A stretch of DNA of 64,000 nucleotides from Vulcanimicrobiota bacterium (GCA_031082125.1 JAVHLM010000002.1:239012-303011), one strand, 5' to 3'. Shown: positions 46,929-57,713, counted from the first letter of the stretch. Made by a program: numbers and translations. Notes: generated by a model not told the origin, from the sequence alone.

Positions 46929-48347
46929 ATGGATCTTGTGATAAAAAATGGAATGATAGTGATGGCCACCGACACTTTCAAGGGTGATATCGCCATCAGG
47001 GGGGGGAAGATCGCTGCCCTCACGCAGGGCGTTCACCTCGAGGCCAGGGAGGAGATCGACGCTGAAGGAATGCTTGTCCTTCCCGGCGTGATTGACGGCC
47101 ATACGCATTTCTCCGATCCTGCGGGAGGTCTCCTCACGTCCGATGATTTTCTCTCGGGAAGCAGGGCCTGTGCTGCCGGCGGTGTCACGACTTTTATAGA
47201 CTGTGCCGTCCAGGAGAAAGGGCAGTCTCCCCTTGAAGCCCTCAAAATGCGCCGCAGCGAGGCACAGACCCATGCCTATGTGGACTATGCTCTCCATATG
47301 GCTTTTACCGATTTTTCCGAGGGCACGCTGAAGGACATACCAAAGCTCATAGAGGCGGGCGTCCCCACTTTCAAGCTCTTCATGGGACTGGGAAAGGCTG
47401 CCTGGATGGCTGATGACGGGGCTCTCATCACCATGCTCGAGCAGGCAAGGGACCAGGGCGCCCTTATAGGCATTCATGCAGAGAACCACCACCTTGTGGA
47501 GAGGAACAGGGCACTTCTCCTCAGGGAGGGGAAGAGAGAGCCCCGGTGGCACTCCGTGTCGTCCCCCCACTACGTGGAGGTCGAAGCCCTCAGGAGAGCC
47601 CTCTACCTTACGGAGGTAACCAACAGCCGTCTCTTTGTCTTTCACCTCACCACTGCCGAGGGGACGCGCCTCGTGGGCGAGGCCAAGGGAAAGGGAATGA
47701 TGGTTTTTGCCGAGACTTGCCCCCAGTACCTGCTGCTCTCGGATGAAAAGCATGAAGGTCCCGAGGGTCTTCACTTCGTGGCAAGCCCGCCGCTCAGGAA
47801 GGCAATTGACAATGAGATACTCTGGCGGGGCATCTCGGTAGGGGCCATCCAGGTCGTCTCTTCGGACCACTCCCCCTTCACGAGGGCTCAGAAGAGCTCG
47901 GCAGGCAGCGATTTTACCTCCGTGCCTCCCGGTCTTCCAGGCGTGGAGACCCTTCTCTCCCTTCTTTACTCAGAAGGAGTGAAAAAGGGGAGGATCACGG
48001 CAAGCCAGATGGTGGAGATCGTCTCGGCAAACCCTGCCAAGCTCTTCGGGCTCTATCCGTCAAAGGGGAGCCTGGCTCCCGGTGCAGACGCCGACGTGGT
48101 CATCTTTGATCCTGCAGCACAAAAAACCCTTCGTGCCGCTGATCTTCACATGAACACCGATTTTTCCCCCTATGAGGGCATGGAAGTCATCGGGGTGCCC
48201 CTTACGACCCTCTCCCGGGGAGAGATAATATTCAAGGACGGAGCCTTTCCCGCCTCTCCCGGCCGCGGCATGTTCCAGGAAAGGCATTACCGCGAGCAGG
48301 AATGGGAGGCCAGATCCTTTGCCCATGGCGGGGAAAGGAGTCGATAG
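46929..48347 (+). CDS. Cyclic amidohydrolase (dihydropyrimidinase / hydantoinase-like)
   Basis: 472 aa; metal-binding GVIDGHTHF; length and motif spacing fit dihydropyrimidinase rather than dihydroorotase. Confidence 0.7.
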   Translation: MDLVIKNGMIVMATDTFKGDIAIRGGKIAALTQGVHLEAREEIDAEGMLVLPGVIDGHTHFSDPAGGLLTSDDFLSGSRACAAGGVTTFIDCAVQEKGQSPLEALKMRRSEAQTHAYVDYALHMAFTDFSEGTLKDIPKLIEAGVPTFKLFMGLGKAAWMADDGALITMLEQARDQGALIGIHAENHHLVERNRALLLREGKREPRWHSVSSPHYVEVEALRRALYLTEVTNSRLFVFHLTTAEGTRLVGEAKGKGMMVFAETCPQYLLLSDEKHEGPEGLHFVASPPLRKAIDNEILWRGISVGAIQVVSSDHSPFTRAQKSSAGSDFTSVPPGLPGVETLLSLLYSEGVKKGRITASQMVEIVSANPAKLFGLYPSKGSLAPGADADVVIFDPAAQKTLRAADLHMNTDFSPYEGMEVIGVPLTTLSRGEIIFKDGAFPASPGRGMFQERHYREQEWEARSFAHGGERSR

Positions 48348-48349
48348 CA

Positions 48350-49885
48350 GTGCTCTCTTTCAGGAAATACCCTGTCATCTACGAAGTCAACACACGATTG
48401 TGGCTTTCTGCTCTTTCGGCAAAATACGGTACCCCCATGCATCTTGGCGCAGTGACTGAAGAGGAACTTGCCCTTTTGCGCAGCCGCGGCTTCGATGCTC
48501 TCTGGCTCATGGGGATTTGGGAGCCTTCCCCTGTGGGGCAGGCCATTGCAAGGGCTCATGAAGGGCTCAGGAGAGAGTTCATCAGGGCCCTCCCCGATCT
48601 AAGGGAAAAAGATATCCTTTCCTCTCCTTATGCCGTGAACAGCTACACCGTATCCAGCAACCTGGGGGGCGAGGAAGGCCTCAGGGATTTAAGGTCCAAG
48701 GCCCATAAGGCAGGGCTCCCGGTCATGCTCGATTTCGTGCCGAACCATACGGCCCTTGATCATCCCTGGGTGACAGAGCATCCTGAGTACTACGTGGGGG
48801 GCTCCCTTGAGGATTATTACCGCGATACGGGGACTTTCTTCAATGCAGGAAATGAATACCACCCCGTGGTGATTGCTCATGGAAGGGATCCCTATTATCC
48901 CGCCTGGACCGATACGGCGCAGCTGAACTACTTCAATGCCTCAACCCGCGAAGCAATGAAGGCCACCCTTCTAGAGATCGCTTCAAAGTGCGACGGTGTG
49001 AGGTGCGATATGGCGATGCTCATTCTTAACGAGATCCACATGGGTATCTGGGGAGAGCGCCTCTTTCCCGAGGGGCGGCGCAGAAGGATTCCCGGGGAGT
49101 TCTGGCAGGAAGCCATTGAGGAAGTCAAGGCAGTGCACCCCGAGTTTCTCTTTGCCGCCGAAGCATACTGGATGAAGGAGGGGGAGCTTCAGTTCATGGG
49201 CTTTGATTACACCTATGACAAGGCCCTCTACGACTGGCTGCGCTCTGCCGAGCCCCTCAAAATAGAGAATTATATCGGCGGGGGCCCCTTTTTCTATCAG
49301 GAGCGGTGCCTCCGCTTTATTGAAAACCATGACGAGGACCGTGCCGCCGCGGTATTTTCACCTGAGCACCTGAAGACGGCCGCCCTCATTGCAGGGACCC
49401 TTCCTGGAGCCCGGCTTTACCATGAGGGACAGCTGGAAGGATACCGCAGAAAACTTCCCGTGCAGCTCGGAAGGCGCGAGCGTGAAGACCGTGATGAAGA
49501 GCTGTGGCTGTTTTACGAGAAACTCCTCTCCCTCACCTCCCAGGAGGTCTTCCACCGGGGCAGGTGGCAGTATCTTCCCACTTATTCCGCCTGGGAAGGA
49601 AACAATACCTATCAGAATTTCATCGTGTACCTCTGGGCCCTGCGCACGGAGCTCTATCTCGTGGTGACAAACCTCTCACCGCAGCGCTCACAGTGCTACG
49701 TACCCCTTCCACCGGGGGGGATAGAGGGAAAGACCTGCACCCTTGTCGATCTCCTTGATGACAACCTCTACGAGCGTGATGGAGATCTGCTCTCCACGAA
49801 GGGCCTTTACCTGGATATGGGCCCCTTTTACCGCCACCTCTTCAGGATCGAGGTCCCCGCGGCGACCCAGGCCTCCCCTGTTTGA
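48350..49885 (+). CDS. Glycoside hydrolase family 13 (alpha-amylase superfamily) protein
   Basis: GTG start 3 nt after previous stop with AAAGGAG RBS; GH13 regions DFVPNH, GVRCDMAM, AAEAYW, FIENHD. Confidence 0.7.
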   Translation: MLSFRKYPVIYEVNTRLWLSALSAKYGTPMHLGAVTEEELALLRSRGFDALWLMGIWEPSPVGQAIARAHEGLRREFIRALPDLREKDILSSPYAVNSYTVSSNLGGEEGLRDLRSKAHKAGLPVMLDFVPNHTALDHPWVTEHPEYYVGGSLEDYYRDTGTFFNAGNEYHPVVIAHGRDPYYPAWTDTAQLNYFNASTREAMKATLLEIASKCDGVRCDMAMLILNEIHMGIWGERLFPEGRRRRIPGEFWQEAIEEVKAVHPEFLFAAEAYWMKEGELQFMGFDYTYDKALYDWLRSAEPLKIENYIGGGPFFYQERCLRFIENHDEDRAAAVFSPEHLKTAALIAGTLPGARLYHEGQLEGYRRKLPVQLGRREREDRDEELWLFYEKLLSLTSQEVFHRGRWQYLPTYSAWEGNNTYQNFIVYLWALRTELYLVVTNLSPQRSQCYVPLPPGGIEGKTCTLVDLLDDNLYERDGDLLSTKGLYLDMGPFYRHLFRIEVPAATQASPV

Positions 49886-49944
49886 ATCTTTTTTTAGTGT
49901 AAACACATCTTGATGTATATAAAAAGGGAATGTGAGGTGAAACC

Positions 49945-52566
49945 ATGCGTTACGATAAAATGACCGTCAAGGCCCAGGAGGCCCTTCAGGCAGCGATGGA
50001 TCTCGCATCGCACCACAGCCATCAGCAGGTCGAGCCGGAGCATCTCATGCTCTCCCTTCTCGAGCAGCACGAGGGGATAGCCGTCCCCATCCTGCAGAAA
50101 CTCGGCGTGAACCCCCCCATGGTCATGGAGCGCCTCAGGGAGGAGCTGAAAAAGTCCCCTGCCGTATATGGCGGCGGCGCGGGGCAGGTATACATGTCGC
50201 CGCAGCTCTCAAAGATTCTGGAGGTGGCATGGCGCGAGGCCCAGCGCCTCAAAGATGAGTATATTTCCACGGAGCATCTCTTTATTGCCATTGCCGATGA
50301 GAAATCCTGCAGGGCTGGACAGGTGCTGCGCAGTATGGGGGTATCCCCCGAGGCCATTTACAAGGTCCTTGTAGAGATCAGGGGCACGCAGCGCGTCACC
50401 GACCAGAACCCCGAGGACAAGTACCAGGCCCTTCAGAAATACGGCCGCAACCTCACGGAGCTTGCCCGGTCGGGGAAGCTCGATCCTGTCATCGGCCGCG
50501 ATGACGAGATAAGGCGGTGCATCCAGGTCCTCTCCCGGCGGACCAAGAACAACCCCGTCCTCATTGGTGAGCCCGGCGTGGGCAAGACTGCCATCGTTGA
50601 AGGCCTCGCCCAGAGAATAGTGAGCGGTGACGTGCCTGAGAGCCTCAAGGAAAAGAGGCTTGTAGGCCTCGACCTGGGTGCCCTTGTGGCAGGCACGAAA
50701 TTCAGGGGAGAGTTCGAGGACCGTCTCAAAGCCGTCCTCAAGGAGATAGAGAGCGCCAGGGGTGAGGTTATTCTCTTCATTGACGAGATCCATACCCTTG
50801 TGGGGGCCGGGGCTGCCCAGGGAGCTGTTGACGCCGCCAATATGCTGAAGCCTGCCCTTGCCCGCGGCGACCTCAAGTGCATCGGCGCCACGACCCATGA
50901 CGAATACAGGAAGCATATAGAAAAGGATGCGGCTCTTGAGCGGCGCTTCCAGCCGGTCTTAGTAAAGGAGCCCGACGTGGAGAGTACCATCGCCATCCTG
51001 AGGGGACTCAAGGAGCGCTACGAGGTCCATCACGGCGTCAAGATCAAGGACGGCGCCCTTGTAGCCGCTGCCGTGCTGTCCCACCGCTATATTTCGGACA
51101 GGTTTCTCCCCGACAAGGCCGTCGATCTCATCGATGAGTCGGCATCAAGGCTCCGCATAGAGATTGACAGCATGCCCACGGAAATAGACGAGCTGGAGCG
51201 GCGCGTGAGGCAGCTCGAGATAGAGAAGCAGGTTCTCTCCAAGGAGAAAGATGAGGCCTCCCGGGAGAGGCAGAGGAGGCTCGAGGAGGAGCTCGCCTCG
51301 CTCAAAGAGGAGAGCGACGAGATGAAGGTGCAGTGGAAGCTTGAAAAGGAGTGCATCCGGAAAATAAGCGATTACAGCGAGCAGATTGAGCGTTACAAGA
51401 CGGAAGCAGAGGGGGCTGAGCGCCAGGGGAACCTCCAGCGCGTCGCCGAGATACGCTATGGGCTTATCCGTGAACTCCAGAACAAGATAGGCGAAGAGAA
51501 CGCAAGGCTCGCCTCGATACAGAAGGAGAGGAAGTTCCTCAAGGAGGAGGTGGACGAGGAAGACGTGGCGGAGGTGGTCTCCAAGTGGACCGGCATCCCC
51601 GTGTCAAGGATGATGGAGGGAGAAATGCAGAAGCTCGTGCGCATGGAGGAGCAGCTCAGGAAGCGCGTGGTAGGCCAGGATAATGCCATCATGGCCGTGG
51701 CCAATGCGGTGCGCCGGGCCCGCTCGGGGATATCGGAACCCGACAGGCCCCTCGGCTCATTTATCTTCCTGGGCCCCACAGGGGTGGGCAAAACAGAGCT
51801 CGCAAGAACTCTTGCAGAGTTCCTCTTCGATGACGAGCGGGCCATGATCCGCATTGACATGAGTGAATACATGGAAAAACACTCGGTGGCGCGCCTTATC
51901 GGTGCTCCTCCGGGTTACGTGGGCTACGAGGAGGGGGGGCAGCTTACCGAGGCAGTGCGCCGGAGGCCCTACTCGGTGCTCCTCTTTGATGAGATTGAAA
52001 AGGCCCATCACGATGTCTTCAACGTGCTTCTCCAGGTCCTTGACGACGGTCGCCTCACTGACGGCCAGGGCCGCACCGTGGACTTCAAGAACACCATCGT
52101 GATCATGACCTCCAATGTGGGGAGCGTCTATATCCAGGAGCTGGGCGAAGACGAGGCCGAGGAGATGAACCGCAGGATCCAGGAGGCTCTCAAGGAGCAC
52201 TTCAGGCCCGAGTTCTTAAACAGGCTTGACGAGATCATCATCTTCAACAAGCTCACAAGGTCCGAGATTTCCCGGATTGTGGACATCCAGGTGGAGCACC
52301 TGCGCACGAGGCTCAGGGACAGGAAGATTGACGTGGAGCTCACCGCGGGCGCCCATGAGTTTCTTGCAGACGCCGGCTTTGATCCCGTATACGGTGCCAG
52401 GCCCCTCAAAAGGGCTATAAGGAAATATGTGCAGGATCCACTTGCGCTCCAGATACTCGAGGGGCGCATCAAGGAAAACAGCCTCGTGACGGTGGACAGG
52501 GAGGAGGCCGGCCATGGTCTCACCATGATCGTTGCAGGAAGAGAGCTGCAGAATGTTGAGCGCTAA
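49945..52566 (+). CDS. clpB: ATP-dependent chaperone ClpB
   Basis: 873 aa; two AAA+ modules ([16 protein letters not shown]), coiled-coil middle domain; RBS GTGAGGTG. Confidence 0.95.
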   Translation: MRYDKMTVKAQEALQAAMDLASHHSHQQVEPEHLMLSLLEQHEGIAVPILQKLGVNPPMVMERLREELKKSPAVYGGGAGQVYMSPQLSKILEVAWREAQRLKDEYISTEHLFIAIADEKSCRAGQVLRSMGVSPEAIYKVLVEIRGTQRVTDQNPEDKYQALQKYGRNLTELARSGKLDPVIGRDDEIRRCIQVLSRRTKNNPVLIGEPGVGKTAIVEGLAQRIVSGDVPESLKEKRLVGLDLGALVAGTKFRGEFEDRLKAVLKEIESARGEVILFIDEIHTLVGAGAAQGAVDAANMLKPALARGDLKCIGATTHDEYRKHIEKDAALERRFQPVLVKEPDVESTIAILRGLKERYEVHHGVKIKDGALVAAAVLSHRYISDRFLPDKAVDLIDESASRLRIEIDSMPTEIDELERRVRQLEIEKQVLSKEKDEASRERQRRLEEELASLKEESDEMKVQWKLEKECIRKISDYSEQIERYKTEAEGAERQGNLQRVAEIRYGLIRELQNKIGEENARLASIQKERKFLKEEVDEEDVAEVVSKWTGIPVSRMMEGEMQKLVRMEEQLRKRVVGQDNAIMAVANAVRRARSGISEPDRPLGSFIFLGPTGVGKTELARTLAEFLFDDERAMIRIDMSEYMEKHSVARLIGAPPGYVGYEEGGQLTEAVRRRPYSVLLFDEIEKAHHDVFNVLLQVLDDGRLTDGQGRTVDFKNTIVIMTSNVGSVYIQELGEDEAEEMNRRIQEALKEHFRPEFLNRLDEIIIFNKLTRSEISRIVDIQVEHLRTRLRDRKIDVELTAGAHEFLADAGFDPVYGARPLKRAIRKYVQDPLALQILEGRIKENSLVTVDREEAGHGLTMIVAGRELQNVER

Positions 52567-54100
52567 GGCAGGAGCAGTCCTTGCGATTTTTTTGGCTCTT
52601 TTTGTGGCCTCTCCCTCCCATGCCGGGGATCTGGAGGAATCAGGAGAGCCACCCTCCCTGAAGTGCACCTTCAGGGAGCTCCCTGTTCCCGCCATTCATA
52701 AGGTCACCCTCTCCCTCCCTGCCCGCGACGGCGTGAAGATTATCCCCTCGGCCCCCCCTTTTCTTGCACTGCTGGAGAGCGAAGAGGGGACGCTCTATGT
52801 CGGTGCGGGGTGCGGCCTCATCATCTCCTCTCCCGGAAGAAAGGAGTGGACCCTTTTCAATACCCTCAACGGCCTATGCTTCAACAGGGTAACGGCCTTT
52901 GCCGAGGGGAGGAAGAGCGTCTGGATAGCCACCTCGCCCCGGCTTATTAAGAGCCCTGTCCTTGGGGGCCTTATGAGGCGTGATGCAGACGGCAGGGGAT
53001 TCCGCTTTTACGGGGAAGGGAAAGGCCTTCCATGCCCCTGGATCACCGAGCTTCTCCTCTATGAGAGCATTCTCTACCTTGGCACGGAAAACGGCATAGT
53101 CTTTTTCAACACGGCGACAGACTCCTTTATCTATGCGAAAGAAGGCTTCAATGCGCAAAACGTCTTCGTGGACGGGACCCATGTTCTGGTAGAAGCCGAG
53201 ACATCCCTTCCCTCGCCGACGGAGCTCTACTCTTTCGGCCTTGAGGACCGGATAATAGAGAAGAAGGCCACGAAGACCTTTTCTGGATTTGACAGGATTG
53301 ACTCCTTCGCCATGGAAGGCACGACGCTCTGGATCACCGGCTCATTGCTGAGGGAGGAAAAGGGTGCATCGAGCCTGCGCTGTGGAGGGCTCCATTTCTA
53401 CGACTGTGACAGCGGCAGGCTTACCGAGGTGAAGGTTCCCCCGGGAATTTACGAGGAGTCTCTGAAGGTAAAAAGATGCGGTGATGAGCTTCTGCTCCTC
53501 TCTGACAAGGGATTCGGCCGGTGGGTCAATAACGGGCTTCTATTCTACAGGGTGCCTCCCTCGCTCAAAAGCTACCTGCCCTCGGTCATTGAGAGCTCCC
53601 CGTCTGGAGCCCTCCTGCTGGCAGCCTCCCGAGCGGTGATGGTCATGAAGGGTGACCGCCTTGAGGCCTACGAGTTTTCAAACACTCTCCCCGGCTCCTC
53701 GATAAAGGCCATGGCCCTCTGGGAAGGGAAGCTCTGGGCCGCTTCTGACACAGGAGCCATCACCCGCTTTGCCCCATCAGGTGAAGTGGAAGCCTCCTAT
53801 GTCCCCGCGGAAGGCTCGCAGGTGGAGGAGCTTTTTCCCAGCACCGAGGGGAGGCTTTACGCCAGGTGCAGGCTCCCGGCGGGTCTTTTTGCCTATGACC
53901 GGGACTCTGACAGGTGGTGCCCCGCGTCTTCATGGGCAGGGGAGAAGGTGACGGATTACCAGGCAGTCCCCATGAGGTTCATGTCTCTTCTTGATACGCT
54001 GAGGCTTGAGGTGCCCCACGACATGGTGAAATGCATCGAGGACAGGGATTGTTTATGGGTCTCGACACAAGGCGCGGGCCTCATCAGAGTGAAAAAGTGA
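52553..54100 (+). CDS. Hypothetical secreted protein, probably beta-propeller-like (515 aa)
   Basis: ATG 52553 overlapping clpB 3' end by 14 nt; signal peptide [24 protein letters not shown]; beta-rich repeats ([30 protein letters not shown]). Confidence 0.5.
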   Translation: MLSAKAGAVLAIFLALFVASPSHAGDLEESGEPPSLKCTFRELPVPAIHKVTLSLPARDGVKIIPSAPPFLALLESEEGTLYVGAGCGLIISSPGRKEWTLFNTLNGLCFNRVTAFAEGRKSVWIATSPRLIKSPVLGGLMRRDADGRGFRFYGEGKGLPCPWITELLLYESILYLGTENGIVFFNTATDSFIYAKEGFNAQNVFVDGTHVLVEAETSLPSPTELYSFGLEDRIIEKKATKTFSGFDRIDSFAMEGTTLWITGSLLREEKGASSLRCGGLHFYDCDSGRLTEVKVPPGIYEESLKVKRCGDELLLLSDKGFGRWVNNGLLFYRVPPSLKSYLPSVIESSPSGALLLAASRAVMVMKGDRLEAYEFSNTLPGSSIKAMALWEGKLWAASDTGAITRFAPSGEVEASYVPAEGSQVEELFPSTEGRLYARCRLPAGLFAYDRDSDRWCPASSWAGEKVTDYQAVPMRFMSLLDTLRLEVPHDMVKCIEDRDCLWVSTQGAGLIRVKK

Positions 54101-54118
54101 AAGAAGGGGGCGCAGGTA

Positions 54119-54147
54119 TTGCATTCCCCTTCCACTTGTGCTATAAT
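54119..54147 (+). promoter_or_regulatory. Predicted strong promoter of rpmA-obg (TTGCAT-17-TGcTATAAT)
   Basis: TTGCATtccccttccacttgTGcTATAAT ~50 nt upstream of rpmA start. Confidence 0.6.
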
Positions 54148-54198
54148 GAACAAAAATTTCGGAACTATGAGGCGAAAGACCGCCCGAAAGAGAAAGGG

Positions 54199-54480
54199 AT
54201 GAAGACCATGAAGTTCGACCTTCAGCTTTTTGCTCATAAAAAAGGTATGGGAAGCTCGAGAAACGGGAGGGACAGCCATTCTCAGAGGCTCGGGCTGAAA
54301 AAGTCCGGAGGGAGCATGGTGATTGCCGGAAATATCATAATCCGCCAGCGCGGCACCAGGGTGAATCCGGGAACGAACGTGGGAATGGGAAGGGATCACA
54401 CCCTCTTTGCCCTCGTGAACGGAAAGGTGGAGTTTGACACCAGGAACAACAAGTCTTTTGTCCATGTAGTGCCCGTATAA
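54199..54480 (+). CDS. rpmA: 50S ribosomal protein L27 with N-terminal Prp-type propeptide
   Basis: 93 aa; [16 protein letters not shown] ... NGRDS ... IRQRGT ... GRDHTLFA; N-terminal extension ends in the F-A cleavage context known from Prp-processed L27. Confidence 0.85.
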   Translation: MKTMKFDLQLFAHKKGMGSSRNGRDSHSQRLGLKKSGGSMVIAGNIIIRQRGTRVNPGTNVGMGRDHTLFALVNGKVEFDTRNNKSFVHVVPV

Positions 54481-54633
54481 GGCAGACCACATCCCCGGGA
54501 GGTGCCCTCAAGTCCACGATGTGTGGACTTTTTTCGTCATCTGAACGATCAGGAGAACTCCGCGCCTGCCAAGGCAATGGCCTCTCAAGGCCATGAAGCT
54601 ACTCACCGAGCGAAAGACAGAACTGCCAGGATC

Positions 54634-55908
54634 ATGAAAGAACGTCTTATTGATGAAGCAAAGATTTATGTAAAGGGAGGCGATGGAGGAAGCGGCTGCA
54701 CCAGTTTCCGCCGTGAGAAGTGTATTCCCCGCGGCGGCCCCGACGGCGGGAGCGGTGGCCAGGGCGGCACTGTCTATCTTGAAGCCGACAGCTCCATGAG
54801 CGATCTCCTTGCCTTCAAGTACAAAGTGCATTTCAAGGCCAAGAGGGGCGATCATGGCAAGGGAAGCCTGAAAGACGGAAAGTACGGTGAAGACATGGTG
54901 GTGAAGGTTCCCACCGGGACCATTGTCTATGACGTGGAGAGTGGCGATGCCCTTGCCGACCTCGTGGCTCATGGCGAGCGGTTCCCCGCGGCGAGGGGAG
55001 GCAGAGGAGGAAAGGGAAATACGGAGTTCAAGACGGCAATGAGGCACATTCCCCGTTTTGCTGAAAAGGGCGAGCCGGGAGAAGAGCACTGGCTCAAGCT
55101 TGAGCTGAAGCTCCTTGCCGACGTGGCCATAATCGGCTTTCCCAACGCGGGCAAATCCACGCTCCTTTCAATGCTCACCAGGGCCCTGCCCAAGGTGGCG
55201 CCGTATCCTTTCACAACCCTCACGCCCATGCTCGGTGTAGCGGCAATGCAGGGCAAAGTCATTGTGATTGCAGATGTGCCCGGCCTCATTGAGGGAGCTC
55301 ACAGGGGCCAGGGGCTTGGCATCGAGTTCCTGCGCCATATTGAGAGGACCAAGATGCTCCTCCACCTCATAGATGCCGCAGAGTGCGCCGGGGAGGACGA
55401 TCCCTTTCTTCCTTATGAGAAGCTCAGAGAAGAGCTCCGGCAGTACCGGGAGGCCCTCATGACAAGGCCTGAGCTGATAGTGTTCAACAAGGTCGATCTG
55501 CTGGAGGGGGAAGCCCCGAGGAAGCTGATAAGGGAAAGCTTCCGGAGCAGGGGAAGAGAGGTAAAGTTTCTCTCCTGCGAGACGGGCGAGGGGCTTGAGG
55601 CTCTTCGTGAAGAGGTATTCTCAAAAGCGTGGGAGGCTCCGGTCCCTGAAAAGGTCGTGCATATCGTGGAAAGGCCGGCCCAGCCTGAATTCACTGTAAG
55701 GCAGGACGAGGGACGCTATGTCGTTGAGGGGAAGAGAGTGGAGCACATGGTGGCCATGATCGATCTTGACAACGATGAGGCGGTGCAGCATCTTCAGAAA
55801 AAGCTGAAACGACTGGGCGTGGAAGAGGCCCTTCTTGCCAGGGGGGCTAAGGAGGGCGATACGGTGGCCATTGGGAAGAGCGAGTTTGACTTCAGCCCCG
55901 ATGGGTAG
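54634..55908 (+). CDS. obg: GTPase Obg
   Basis: 424 aa from ATG 54634; N-terminal glycine-rich Obg fold (KGGDGGSGCTSFRREK), G-domain (GFPNAGKST, DVPGLIEGA, NKVD). Confidence 0.9.
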   Translation: MKERLIDEAKIYVKGGDGGSGCTSFRREKCIPRGGPDGGSGGQGGTVYLEADSSMSDLLAFKYKVHFKAKRGDHGKGSLKDGKYGEDMVVKVPTGTIVYDVESGDALADLVAHGERFPAARGGRGGKGNTEFKTAMRHIPRFAEKGEPGEEHWLKLELKLLADVAIIGFPNAGKSTLLSMLTRALPKVAPYPFTTLTPMLGVAAMQGKVIVIADVPGLIEGAHRGQGLGIEFLRHIERTKMLLHLIDAAECAGEDDPFLPYEKLREELRQYREALMTRPELIVFNKVDLLEGEAPRKLIRESFRSRGREVKFLSCETGEGLEALREEVFSKAWEAPVPEKVVHIVERPAQPEFTVRQDEGRYVVEGKRVEHMVAMIDLDNDEAVQHLQKKLKRLGVEEALLARGAKEGDTVAIGKSEFDFSPDG

Positions 55909-56126
55909 ATTATCGTTTTATGAAAAGAATTTTTGCGGAGTACTGCGCAAGAAGGAGGTGGCGCTTTTTATCGCGAACTCATGGGGAAAGAGATCCCTAT
56001 AGAGCAGGCCCTGTGCCGCACCGGCGATCGGCCGGCGGGAGGCGAACTGCCCGGCGCTCTTTTATTTTCCCCTATGATACCAGGGAAAGATGGAGATACA
56101 GCATTCTGTTATGGGAGGTAACGGTT

Positions 56127-56411
56127 TTGAACGCGTACGAGGTGACTTATATTATCGATTCGGCACTGACGGAAGAGAATGTACAGAAGACCATTGAGAA
56201 GTTTTCTGACCATGTGAGCAAGGCAGGAGGCCAGGTGGTGAACGTGGACAACTGGGGAAAGAGGCGCCTTGCCTATGAGATAAAGGGAAAGCTCGAAGGG
56301 GTATACGTGACGATGCGGTACAATGCCCCCGAGAACGTCTCATCGGAGCTTCGCCGCATTATGGGCATCGATGAAGAAATCGTGAGAAACATCATCATCA
56401 GAGTGAATTAA
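56127..56411 (+). CDS. rpsF: 30S ribosomal protein S6
   Basis: TTG start after GGGAGG RBS; NAYEVTYIID ... WGKRRLAYEI; track ORF extends upstream to 55920. Confidence 0.8.
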   Translation: MNAYEVTYIIDSALTEENVQKTIEKFSDHVSKAGGQVVNVDNWGKRRLAYEIKGKLEGVYVTMRYNAPENVSSELRRIMGIDEEIVRNIIIRVN

Positions 56412-56422
56412 AGAGAGGTTGC

Positions 56423-56866
56423 ATGTCAAGCTACAACAAGGTGATTCTTATCGGGCGCGTCACAGCCCTGCCCGAGATGCGCTATACCCAGACCGGCAAG
56501 CCTGTCACGTCCTTCACCATAGCGGTGGACCGGCCCCGCAGGAGTGAGGGCAAGGACAGGGAGACCGATTTTATCAGCATAGTGACCTGGCAGAAGCTTG
56601 CCGAGATATGCTCCCGGTACCTTGACAAGGGGAAGCTCATCTGTATCGAGGGCAGGCTCCAGGTGCGCACCTATACGACGGCAGACGGCCAGAAGAGAAA
56701 GGTCTATGAGGTCGTCGCCTCTGACATGCGTATGCTGGGAAGGCCCAAGAGCGAGGGGGGAGCTTCCCAGGACGAGACGGAAGGCCACATCGTGGAAAGC
56801 GGTGACAGGGATCTCGATCACCTGGGCATCTCTGACATAGGAATGGAGGATGACGTGCCCTTTTAG
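56423..56866 (+). CDS. ssb: Single-stranded DNA-binding protein
   Basis: 147 aa; OB-fold N-terminus NKVILIGRV; acidic C-terminal tail ending DDVPF. Confidence 0.9.
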   Translation: MSSYNKVILIGRVTALPEMRYTQTGKPVTSFTIAVDRPRRSEGKDRETDFISIVTWQKLAEICSRYLDKGKLICIEGRLQVRTYTTADGQKRKVYEVVASDMRMLGRPKSEGGASQDETEGHIVESGDRDLDHLGISDIGMEDDVPF

Positions 56867-56929
56867 CGCGCCTGTCCCGCCGGCGGCACTCAGTGCCCCG
56901 TGAAAAGAACTAGAGAAAGGATGAACGGT

Positions 56930-57166
56930 ATGAAGCGTGAGAGCAATATGAGGATGCGGAAGCCCAAGAGGAAGGTGTGCCACTTCTGCGTGAACAAGAT
57001 TGTGAGCCTTGATTATAAGGATTTCAATGCCCTCAGAAAATATGTAAGCGAGCGGGGCAAGATCCTTCCCCGGAGGATCTCCGGTAACTGCGCGAAGCAC
57101 CAGCGGGCCCTTACGAGCGCCATTCAGAGGGCGCGGGCAATAGCGCTTCTTCCTCACACCATATAA
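56930..57166 (+). CDS. rpsR: 30S ribosomal protein S18
   Basis: 78 aa; CHFC ... DYKD ... [16 protein letters not shown] ... LLPHT; start chosen at ATG 56930 (RBS GAAAGG 9 nt upstream); track ORF begins 56900. Confidence 0.8.
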   Translation: MKRESNMRMRKPKRKVCHFCVNKIVSLDYKDFNALRKYVSERGKILPRRISGNCAKHQRALTSAIQRARAIALLPHTI

Positions 57167-57263
57167 TCCTCTCCCGGCGCATGCACCCTGAAGATATGCC
57201 CCCGCGGGGGGCGGCGGTGCGGTCGTGAAGGGGGAGACACATTATTTTCTTGAGGTGATAGAC

Positions 57264-57713
57264 ATGAAGGTAATCCTTAAAAAAGACGTGGAAAAACTCG
57301 GTGAAGAGGGTGCCATCCTGGAGGTCAAGAACGGCTATGCCCGGAATTACCTTCTTCCCAATAACCTTGCGATTGTCGCTTCCTCCGGGAACATGAAGAC
57401 CTGGGAGAACGAGAAGAAGACGCGGGAGCGCCGCGTTGCCAAGAATACCGAGAAGGCGAAAAATCTTGCCGACAGCCTTTCCCAGAAGAACTTCACCATA
57501 AAGGCGAAGGCGGGAGAAGAAGGGAAGCTCTACGGTTCCGTGACCTCGCAGGACATTGTTGAGCTCGTGCTCGCACAGGCCAAGATAGAGCTTGACAGGA
57601 AAAAGCTGACGCTTGCGGAGCCGATAAAAAAGACGGGAAGCTACAAGGTTCCCGTGAAGCTCTTCAAGGGCGTGACGGCAGAGATCAGTCTTGAAGTGGC
57701 GCCTGAAGAGTAG
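57264..57713 (+). CDS. rplI: 50S ribosomal protein L9
   Basis: 149 aa from ATG 57264 (RBS GAGGTG); MKVILKKDVEKLGEEG ... GYARNYLLP. Confidence 0.85.
   Translation: MKVILKKDVEKLGEEGAILEVKNGYARNYLLPNNLAIVASSGNMKTWENEKKTRERRVAKNTEKAKNLADSLSQKNFTIKAKAGEEGKLYGSVTSQDIVELVLAQAKIELDRKKLTLAEPIKKTGSYKVPVKLFKGVTAEISLEVAPEE

Noticed and set aside
49886-49944. CIRCE/HrcA operator or sigma-32 promoter upstream of clpB
   Set aside because: No TTAGCACTC-N9-GAGTGCTAA inverted repeat; the AT-rich stretch (cttgatgtatataaa) is promoter-like but cannot be assigned to a specific heat-shock element.
50209-51011. Minus-strand ORFs of 235 and 192 aa inside clpB
   Set aside because: Antisense to clpB, which has clear AAA+ motifs; no independent start or RBS evidence.
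54100-54200. prp (L27 propeptide protease) or rplU upstream of rpmA
   Set aside because: The intergenic region is ~100 bp and holds only a promoter; the upstream gene is an unrelated secreted protein.
55909-56126. Intrinsic terminator between obg and rpsF
   Set aside because: A GC-rich segment followed by tcttttatttt is present (~56030-56075), but I could not trace a convincing self-complementary stem by eye, so it is not listed as a feature.
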